A stretch of 64,000 nt of DNA from a virus. The notes below the pieces were generated by a model that was not told the origin of the DNA, searched no databases, and saw nothing but the letters and a program-made list of their open reading frames with translations. A program made the position numbers and the translations under genes. The stretch covers positions 2,457 through 66,456 of IMG/VR virus record IMGVR_UViG_3300044811_000020, one strand, 5' to 3'. The stretch's first letter is position 1. Each line of letters opens with the position of its first letter. Below are positions 55,865 through 64,000 of the stretch, piece by piece.

Positions 55865-58223
55865 CTAACGCTGCGCCCCTGGCTTGTATGGGGCGGGCCG
55901 ATCGCTGTAATTCCACCAGCGGCAGTCAGCAGGGTAGGCGACTGCGGCTCTAAGGACCGGCCAATAATGCCCGACTTTAGCAAAGGCTCGCCTGACCCGT
56001 TTCTTCGGCTCATTAGGCGGGTAAACCCAGCGCATTGTCTTGCGTCGTTTCATGTTTCCATCTCTGCTCATGACCGCGACGGCGGGGCGTCTTTGCTCCG
56101 CACCATCTCGTCAAACTGTCGCTTGATTTCCCTCGCGCTCGGCGGCGGCCGGTACTGCGGACACCACGTTGAATGCGGGCTGATCCCGTTCGGCATTTCC
56201 TTGCGGGGATCTACGTTACACCAGAAGCAAGTCGTTCCAGGCTGGGTCATTGTCTACCTCGATCTTCGGTCAAGTCCGGCCGTCTGGGTGCGGGCGCTCG
56301 ATATCGTCGCGAGTCAAGCCTTCCGCGGATCGCTCAAATTCGTAAACTCTGAGACAGTCTAACAGGACGCTGAATGGCAGGCGCTCCCCGTCGAAACCCA
56401 GCTTTTGGTGCCTCTCAATTGCCGCGCCCCAAACTTTGCAGGCTTCAATGTACGGGCGCGCCGGAAGGTCTGTCATCAAGCGCGGATCTGTATTGTCTGC
56501 TGTCACTTGCCTACTCCATTTGGACTCGCAAGCGCCGCGTCGATCATAGCTTGCCATGCTTCGGTTGCACTAAAGCAATCGACAATGGCGTCGTGCATTG
56601 CCGGCGTAGGCTCGCGCATGGCCTTGATAGCGGCGCGAGCGGCGGTGCGATACATCTCTCCCATAGGGAGATGGGCGCCAGCCGCGATATCCACTTGCCG
56701 CAGTGCCATCGCCACCTGCTCAATCATCTCGCTCATTTGCTCTTTCCGTCTCCTTGCCTGATCGCTAGTCCAAACTGCCGGCCGCGGTGCGCGGCTCCCG
56801 CTCCTCGACTAGCCCGATCTTGGCCACTCGTTCCGATGTGCACGCTGGGCAGCGCAAATCAATCTCGCCGCTCGGAATGACGATTCTGACTAGCTGTTCT
56901 TCGGGGTGCTTTGGGCACCAAATTCCACGGCGCTGTTTCATCCTTCGTCCTTCGAATTATCGGCCTGACCGGCCTAGCTGCGTTTCACGTCGAGTTCGTG
57001 GACATCAGTCCAACCGAGGAAAAGCTGGATGCGTTCCCAATAGGTCAGCCAGTGAAGTTGCCCGTTCGTGAGGTGCAGGAGCGGCCCGTCAATGTGCTTC
57101 CAGTTGATCTCGGCAGGCTGGAAGTTCTGTTGATAGCCAACCCAGCCAGTACCGGAGCGCGCATAGGTGTAGCCAGCGCGCTTCATCGACTTGTCAGAGA
57201 TGATGTGCATCTAAGTCTCCCGTTCGCTACAGAGGGCTTCCCATCGCCCGATCGATCTCGTCGATCCTGGCGTTTATCTTCATTCCTTCGGGCTCGTTGA
57301 ACTGGCGAGCGCTCATCTTGTTGACCTTCGTCATCAGAAGATCTCGCTCCTCTGCCAAGAGGAAGCGATCAAGCCCTGAAAGATCGACTGCCGGTCCGCA
57401 GTTCATATGGCAGGGCACCACACCATTTCCGCAATCAAAGCACTGCATTGGATGTCTCCTGTTTCAGTGTTTCGGACAGCCGGCCAAACTCTGGGCGGCC
57501 TCGACAGCCTCTTTGCGCGTGTTAAATCCCGAAAAGGGAAACTTGCCACCAACGATGATCTTCCCATCAACGACGGGCAACCATCGAAGCTTCATATCTG
57601 GTGAGAAGCGACGCGGTATTGCTTCATACTTGGTGGGTTCAGTCATGTTTAACTCTTTCGGATAGCCGGCCACTACGAAAGTGTGGCTACGGTGCATCGC
57701 GATATGCTATCTGGAAGCCAAGTATCAAAAATGCTTTTGCGCCAAGTCGGTTTGAGTACATAGGCTTGAGTAACCATTTCCACCCCTCCCACCTTATGAG
57801 AAGTCGGCCGCCGTCATAAAGAGTCATGTCATGCCCCAAACGGCAGCTACGGCGAACGCACCGAGAGCAAACCACATTGCGTTTTCTTTCCATGTATACG
57901 GGTTGCGTTTCATATTTCCGCTACCAGTTGACGATCAGCAATCCGACCATTGCCGCGCAAGCAAGGAAGGCGATGAAGAGTAGTCCTAACCATTCCATGG
58001 TATCCTCCTCAGACAGCCGGCCAGACCGGACATTGCCTGCTCAGGACGGTGAGGGTGCGGCGTTTTGCGCCTCGACCAATTTTCGCGCCAGCATCAGCGC
58101 CGTCTCATAGCTCTGACTGACGGTTGCGTGGTCGCTGTGGTAGAACTCTGCAATATCGTTGTGGTCCTCATCGCAAACGAGAATGGCGTGGTCGCGGTCA
58201 TCTGAGACAATTTCCAACTTCAT
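55865..58223 (-). other. Cluster of small early hypothetical ORFs
   Basis: About ten 50-95 aa ORFs, e.g. 56503-56736, 56974-57210, 57227-57448, 58041-58223, several with GGAG RBS. Confidence 0.6.
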
Positions 58224-58411
58224 TTCACGTCCTCCGGTTTCAGGTTTAATTTGACACAAAGCCGCAATAGCTTTGCCACAGGTTCAGGCACCGGATACTC
58301 GCCCAGCGCGTAGCCCTGAGACGTTCGTCGGCCGATACCTAGCCAATCCCCCGCGCGTTCCTGGGATAGCTCCAGCGCCTTTAGAGCGGCCTTGTATTGT
58401 GTCGGCGTCAT
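58220..58411 (-). CDS. Small XRE/HTH regulator
   Basis: MTPTQYKAALKALELSQERAGDWLGIGRRTSQGYALGEYPVP. Confidence 0.85.
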   Translation of the reverse strand: MTPTQYKAALKALELSQERAGDWLGIGRRTSQGYALGEYPVPEPVAKLLRLCVKLNLKPEDVK

Positions 58412-58710
58412 ACCGCCTCCGCCAGCGAATTGACCCCGCGGATCATGGCGGCGGTGTTTTCCATGATCCAGTCAACGAGGTTCATGTGCGGGGGCAGCTT
58501 TCCGATGGTGGTCATGCCGCAGGGAACCAAAACGGTGTTTGCCTTGATGTACGCTTCTTCGGACTTCATCGCAGCAATGTACGCCTTGTGCAGTGCGGGG
58601 CGGTCGTTTGCCTCGATGGCAATCGCGGCGTCCAAGAAAGCCTCGTAGGCGCCAGCAACATCGAAGATGCTGAAGTTGGGGAAGAAACCGTGTGCGCTCA
58701 TCAGGGACAT
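58408..58710 (-). CDS. Hypothetical protein co-transcribed with the HTH gene
   Basis: GGAG RBS; ATGA overlap. Confidence 0.7.
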   Translation of the reverse strand: MSLMSAHGFFPNFSIFDVAGAYEAFLDAAIAIEANDRPALHKAYIAAMKSEEAYIKANTVLVPCGMTTIGKLPPHMNLVDWIMENTAAMIRGVNSLAEAV

Positions 58711-58735
58711 TTGCTTGCTCCGTTTCGATAGACAC

Positions 58736-58773
58736 AACATACGCTAATTCCGCGTATACGCAAGCCCCGCGTA
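58736..58773 (-). promoter_or_regulatory. Sigma70 promoter overlapped by two abutting 17-bp operators TACGC-N7-GCGTA
   Basis: TTGCGT-N16-TATGTT; palindromes at 58740-58756 and 58757-58773. Confidence 0.8.
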
Positions 58774-58798
58774 ATCACGTATTGTTACAGCGTCGTTT

Positions 58799-59227
58799 TT
58801 AACACCGCGAGAGCGTTGCGCGGGCGTCGCTCAAGCGAGCAGCCGTATATCCGCTGATGCCCTTTCCGCCCTTGTCGCTGTCCATCTCAACAGCTTCTAT
58901 CAAGCCGAGTATGGCATCTCTCAGCCCGTCGATTTTCTCGCACCGATGGTTTCCGTAGTCGTCGCCGTAACCAGCGTGGCATTGGTTTGCGGCGAGAGCA
59001 AAACACTCAGCCTTCAGTTGCTCAATACCCTCTGCCGCCGGTAAGCCACCAGACGCCACCAGATCGGAATATGAGCAGTGGTCCATCCAGGCTGATCGTG
59101 CGGCCTTGACCTTTCGGCACTCATCGCAGTGTGGCTGCGGGTCGGTTGTTTTCCACTTGCTTGGGCACCTAGCTTCGCACACCACCTCGGCGGCTATGGT
59201 CAGGGCGTCGTAAATTTGCTGTTCCAT
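58799..59227 (-). CDS. Hypothetical Cys-rich protein
   Basis: GAGG RBS; 142-aa ORF. Confidence 0.6.
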   Translation of the reverse strand: MEQQIYDALTIAAEVVCEARCPSKWKTTDPQPHCDECRKVKAARSAWMDHCSYSDLVASGGLPAAEGIEQLKAECFALAANQCHAGYGDDYGNHRCEKIDGLRDAILGLIEAVEMDSDKGGKGISGYTAARLSDARATLSRC

Positions 59228-59277
59228 GGGGGTTCCTCAGTGTTCAATTTTACTGTTCCGGTCTGTTTGAATGATCG

Positions 59278-59499
59278 CTAGGCGCCGAGCGGTGGGTTGA
59301 AGTCGCGGAGGCGGCTTTCCAGGATCATGACGGCCTGACACAGATCACGCTCCTGCTGCGCCGTGACATCGACGGCGTATTCGGCGTCGCCGGGGGTATC
59401 GAAGTCAGACTTGACCTTCTCGTCATAGGTCTGCTTATCGAGCGAACCGTGCAGCGGGTTGAGAAGGTCGAGAAGGGTTTGGATTGTCTCGCGGTCCAT
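59278..59499 (-). CDS. Hypothetical protein (MDRETIQTLL...)
   Basis: GGAG RBS before the internal ATG. Confidence 0.65.
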   Translation of the reverse strand: MDRETIQTLLDLLNPLHGSLDKQTYDEKVKSDFDTPGDAEYAVDVTAQQERDLCQAVMILESRLRDFNPPLGA

Positions 59500-59533
59500 T
59501 TTAAGTCTCCAGTCTAATTTTGAGGTTGGAATG

Positions 59534-59727
59534 TTAGGCTCCCACCACGACTTCACGGGTGGGCTTGCCGGTGTACTGTGCGCCAGAACCATCAGCGGCG
59601 ACCCAAACCGCCTTGTAGATGCGGCAGATCGAACCTTTGGGAGCCTTAGCTTGCGGATCAGCTCCGCGTCGCTCAGGTAGTACTTGTCCTTTTCGCGCTC
59701 GATCGTCTCGGGTGCCGGGGTGGTCAT
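59534..59727 (-). pseudogene. Possible excisionase-like 5' remnant fused to another gene's 3' end
   Basis: MTTPAPETIEREKDKYYLSDAELIRKL, then loss of protein-like character; another frame reads KGSICRIYKAVWV...GA*. Confidence 0.35.
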
Positions 59728-61899
59728 CGCTTTACCTTCCGCAACTTCCCGCCCACGCGATGCACGCCCAGCCCGAAACGGGCGGCGATCTGGTTGGCCA
59801 TGTCCAGCTTATTGACAAGACCGGCGATAGCTTGTCCGCGCTCTACAGATTCCGGCTGGAGCATCAGCACATCCATATGCGCGAGGAAGTAATGCACTTC
59901 CGCTTCTAGCTTTTTGAGATTGTTGTGTACTTCGCTGGTGGTCATTCGCTCTTGCCTACTTTCGTCACGCTCGCGATGGAAAGACCTTTTAGGGCGGCTT
60001 GGGCCTCCGTCATGCAGTAGCCGTACCCGTCCTCCGGGCAACCATCCTTCGCCCAATCTACAAGCTGCTGGAGAGCATCGCGCAGCTGCTCGATCTCATC
60101 CGCGGCGTTTCTTAGCCACTTGGGATCCTCACCTGTCTGCAGGCGCATGAAGTCCGCCGCGCTACGTAAGCCTTCAACACTGACGCTCATGGGTTGCTCT
60201 TTCCTTCTTTCGTCATGTCCGCGACAGTGCCGCGCGCCCTAGCGCTACGGTCCCCCTGATAGACGGGCGGAAGCCTTGCCCATCCACGAAGGCGTCTAGG
60301 CGCACCAGATGGTCAATGGCTTGCTCTAGGGCGGTCGTTAGGCGCAGGATGTCCTCAGCTTCTCGGGCATCTGAGTTTACAGACGCCACTCCCTCAAGCT
60401 GAGGACTGGCAGAGGGCTTGCCGTTATCTTCAAGGATGGCGATCGAGGTAAATGGCTTATGCTTCGGAGGCCACCGTTCTCGGGAGCGGTCCAATATCCG
60501 TTGCGCCATCCCCTTCAGTTGTTCGCTATCGGCATGCATCATTGATAGTAGAGCCAAGCGCAGAGAGCCAACTTCCCCTGATGCCGATTTGAACTGTTCA
60601 TCCAAATCCACGGCCATTTTGTATAGATCCGCATTGTCGGCGCACGGATGGCACCAAATCGCACCATCAACAAGTGCGGCTTCACCCTTTGTATAGCATC
60701 CGCATTTGGCGCATTTTTCGCTCTCGCTATCTCTGGCAACTATTGCAAGAGCAATAAGTGATCGGTGCGCTGCATGTGCTCGCTCTAAGTTTACGAATTT
60801 GATGCTGATGAAAGGGTCAATTCCAGGCCCGCAATTAACTGTCATAAAGCCATGGTTCATAGTATGGAGAAAATTGTTTATCGCTGTCATGGGCACGTTA
60901 GGCACCTTAATGTGCCCTTGAGAGCTATAGGAGTCCTGTCTATCGCTCATGTTTTCACTCGTTTCTGTTGAGGTGAGGGAGACCGTCGCTCAGATCGTCC
61001 GGCGGATCTTCATCGCACTCACATGTACCGCCGCACCACGCACACCATTGGCGCTGGAAAATGTGTGTATCTGCAATCAATGGGAGCGCTCTCAGCGCTA
61101 TTTGAGTTGCCTCAATCAGTTCTGCATTGTCGGGCAGGTGCGCAATTTCATGCAGCGCTAGTTCAGCCCTATCTGCCCGATCGTGATATCGCTGGATGGC
61201 AGCAGGCATACTAGTAACCCAGTTGTGCCTTTCGTCTCGCAGCTCTTGAAGTTCTTCCTGGATATCTTTGGCTATCACCCGCGTTGGGGCCGCCGCTAAA
61301 ATCTCGGCCCACACTTCATCATGATCGCGTCGCGGGCCATCTTCGATTTTGGCCATCACCTCGCGCATGGTTTCGTCAAGCTGTTCCGGAACTAATTTCC
61401 ATAATACGCTCATGATTTGCCCTCGCGGTTCGTTGATCGGAAAGCGCAGGCCGGGTTATCGCAATCGGGCGTTGGGATTTGCTTGCAGCAGGCACACGCG
61501 GGGCCGGCACCAATTACCTCGGTGCCATTCTGATCTACCAAGCGAACCCGACCGTCATTATGCACGAATGAGGACCTGATTAGATCGGCCAGCGACTTCA
61601 TCACCTCCTCGCCCTCGTAGCCGCAATTAGCCTCTAGCCAGTCGGCGGCTTTCTGCTCGACAGCATCAGCCGGTTTTCCGAAACGGGGCTTAGTCAGATA
61701 ATCACCTTTAGTCATGTCATTTCTCCTTTTCAGAGTTTCGGTCTGCCGGCTGGTAATTCCAGGGCGGGTTTGCCGTGTTGCACTCGCAGGGCATTCCTGC
61801 GCCGCATTCGCAGCCGTAGCCGGCAACGCCCTCCCACGGTACATCCGGATGATTTTCGCAAACCCAGCCCCAGCCCTCGCACTTCACGCAACCGCTCAC
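59724..61899 (-). other. Early hypothetical ORFs (59724-59945, 59942-60190, 60213-60950, 60955-61413, 61410-61715, 61717-61899 Zn-binding)
   Basis: Coupled ORFs; CVKCEGWGWVCENHP...CGAGMPCEC. Confidence 0.62.
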
Positions 61900-62204
61900 T
61901 TTCGGTCTCCAGAAGTGTTCGCCAGTTCGAGCAGGACGTCGGCATGGCAGGGGTCTCCGATCTTGCACCAGCACATCAGGTTCTTGCCGGCGAGTTCCTT
62001 CCGATATGCCTCTCGCGCAAAGTCAGGCATGAACAGCTTGAAAAACTGGACTGCATCAGTCGCGTCCATCTTCTCGCCCGGCATTCCGGGCACGTCGGCT
62101 CCGACCCTATACGGGTTACCGTATCGACCAGGGCGGCAAACACTCACGGTGTTCGGTGGTGCCTTCCACCCTTTGACGCGCTTGCGTTGGATACGTTCAG
62201 GCAT
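61896..62204 (-). CDS. DUF4326-family protein
   Basis: RIQRKRVKGW...RPGRYGNPY...ELAGKNLMCWC...CHADVLLELAN. Confidence 0.88.
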   Translation of the reverse strand: MPERIQRKRVKGWKAPPNTVSVCRPGRYGNPYRVGADVPGMPGEKMDATDAVQFFKLFMPDFAREAYRKELAGKNLMCWCKIGDPCHADVLLELANTSGDRK

Positions 62205-63073
62205 CGTTGCCCTCGCGGATTGCCGGAGACTGCGCCGCGGCGATGATCTCCTTGACGACATCAAGCAGGACCTTGCCGTTCGTGGAGTAGCCAGCCTCTT
62301 CGACGGCTTCCCGGATCTCCCGAAATCGTTCGGCATAGCCGCCCACTTGATGCCATGAGTTGCAATTGCAGGCCGGGATGTCGCAGCGCCGGAAGCCGGA
62401 CGATTGAAGCACCCACTCGGCTTGGTATAGCCGCCGCCCCAATTCATGGATTTCGGCTTCGCGCTGAGTAGCGTTAAACCCCTCGCTCATGTTTGCCCCC
62501 TCGGACTTCCCACATGACCGGCCGCGCTGAGATGGTTCTTGCGCGGGCACATCGGGCTCTGGCAGGTCTTCTCGCTGGTCGGCGGGCAGATGCAGCCAGT
62601 GGGCTGAATAACCGGCGTTGGTGGAAGACTGTAAACCGGTTGCGACCACGGATGTCCGTTCGGGTAGCAGAGCGGGCAGGGGAAGCTGATGCAGTAATGA
62701 GAGGCCATCAGTCGGACTCCTGGGGAGTCTGAGCGGCCTCTTTCGCCAGCGCCTGATTTTTCTCATAAGCGGCTTTAAGCCCCGCGTGCGCCATGACCTC
62801 GTTAGCCGGAACAAAACTCATCCGATATCCGTCCGGGTAATGTTTCTGAAACCCTTCGTGACGGTCAGGCCGCGACCCCTCTATGATGCCAAGGTCACCG
62901 TACATAAAGCCCTCGTGCGAGCAGATATGCCCGCCCATGCCGTGACCGCTTTCGGCAATCAGACAGCCGCTATACCAGCCGGGCGAGCCGCCATTATTAA
63001 AGCCGTAGATGACCGGCAATTCTTCAATTGGCTTGTTGTGCGGATTGAAAACAGCGAAACGAGACTCGTCCAT
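62197..63073 (-). other. Three hypothetical ORFs (62197-62490, 62487-62708 Cys/Pro-rich, 62708-63073)
   Basis: Overlapping start/stop codons. Confidence 0.6.
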
Positions 63074-63364
63074 TTATTCCCCCTGTGGTCGGAGTTGCGA
63101 AGTGTCCGGGCGGATGTGCAGTGGGTTGAGCGTTTCAGATGGTCCCTGCACACCCTTCGCCGATCCATCATGTTGCTCGACGGCGATAAACTTCATGATC
63201 CGCTCTCGCGATTTGGGCGCGTGTGTAAAAGACTGGTCATGCGATCCAGCACCAGAGGACCGCCATCCAGCGCCGGCAAAAGACGGAACTGCCCAACTGG
63301 TGCGAGCATTCGTCTCCGCCCTCCATGCTTATCCAGCCGTCCGCGTATCGTTCTACCCAGCACG

Positions 63365-63709
63365 TCATTTGTCGCCCCCGAGGATTGGAGAGTTTTGACG
63401 GTTGGAGCATCTTGAATCTTCGCTATATTCCCACTCCGACCATGGGCGCCGGTTCCTGGCCTGCTCAATTCGAGTGGCCCAACGACAATTGCTCGGCTCG
63501 TAGTCGCCGTCGTTGTTCTCACGTTCAAGCGTTAAACCGGGGTTGGGACGAGGCCCCATGTCCTCAAGAAAATTGTCGAACGTCTGCCATCGCTCGCACA
63601 CCTTGATCCCGCGTCCGCCGTAGCGAGCGAAATCCTTGTGGGTGGCGCGCTGGCACCGCGCCCTGAACTCGCGCCATGTGTGATATTCGCTAGTTCGAGA
63701 CTTCAGCAT
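63365..63709 (-). CDS. Short HNH-type endonuclease (YGGRGI family)
   Basis: EYHTW...[12 protein letters not shown]...[12 protein letters not shown]. Confidence 0.82.
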   Translation of the reverse strand: MLKSRTSEYHTWREFRARCQRATHKDFARYGGRGIKVCERWQTFDNFLEDMGPRPNPGLTLERENNDGDYEPSNCRWATRIEQARNRRPWSEWEYSEDSRCSNRQNSPILGGDK

Positions 63710-64000
63710 TTGTTGTCTCGCTCAATAGAGGAGACCGAGGTGCCGGGCGGCAATTCGCAGCGGTCCTCTTGCGCGTCAGTTTCGCAAGGGCTGTGAACAT
63801 GAGCGCCACATCGTATGCAGACCGGCTTTGGACCATCGTCCGTTTCGGTCAATCGATCTGTCGATGAGTGCGAAAGTCTGCGAATCCAATACTCAACCGG
63901 ATGTTCGGTTTGTTCGCCGGATGACGGATAGGATTCCGCGACCTTGGCGCATTCCTCAATGATAGCGGCGCGATCTGCCGGTCTTTGGGCAAGATCGCCA
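63703..64000 (-). CDS. Hypothetical protein, 5' end outside the window
   Basis: Open frame ...[13 protein letters not shown]...CIRCG...DNKC*. Confidence 0.55.
   Translation of the reverse strand, partial: GDLAQRPADRAAIIEECAKVAESYPSSGEQTEHPVEYWIRRLSHSSTDRLTETDDGPKPVCIRCGAHVHSPCETDAQEDRCELPPGTSVSSIERDNKC

Larger units (their letters stand above)
1..64000. mobile_element. Tailed bacteriophage (podovirus-type), probably alphaproteobacterial host; likely partial/permuted genome
   Basis: Portal, scaffold, major capsid, TerL, tail, lysis, DnaB and Bet genes with dense overlapping start/stop codons; no host housekeeping genes. Confidence 0.97.

Noticed and set aside
1-64000. CRISPR array, tRNA/tmRNA genes, terminal repeats, integrase/attP
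   Set aside because: No spaced repeats, cloverleafs or recombinase motifs found by eye; the window ends do not overlap

Overview
The whole window is tailed-phage DNA: most of the genome of a GC-rich, podovirus-type phage (P22-like portal, N4-gp56/DUF4043-type major capsid, ejection proteins, no tape measure). The host is probably an alphaproteobacterium (Rhizobiales-like); this is inferred from a GapR-like protein, DUF3309 and EcfG-type promoters. Both window ends fall in a leftward early region (1-6011 and 55386-64000), so the view is probably circularly permuted and incomplete. The + strand carries, in order, Cro-like and DNA-metabolism genes (RuvC, DNA methyltransferase, DnaB, DnaT-like, Mom), TerS-like, portal, scaffold, capsid, tail and ejection genes, fibres, lysis genes, a displaced TerL and a second fibre-like module. 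No integrase, CI repressor, tRNA, CRISPR array or reverse transcriptase was seen. Main observations: (1) Nine capsid-decoration- and tail-fibre-type proteins, plus one small fibre-chaperone-like protein, begin with classical Sec signal peptides. All nine mature chains have even cysteine counts, which suggests the virion appendages are exported, disulfide-folded in the periplasm and attached at or after lysis. (2) A ~570-nt structured non-coding locus upstream of dnaB has convergent promoters, a ~75-nt antisense RNA, a UUGGCG target loop and a downstream CGCCAA partner, resembling plasmid (IncI/ColE1-type) antisense replication control. (3) Also present are a Tad1 anti-defence sponge, a Mom-like DNA modifier, tandem EcfG-type stress promoters and many free-standing HNH endonucleases. 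All family assignments come from motif recognition by eye; no searches were run.
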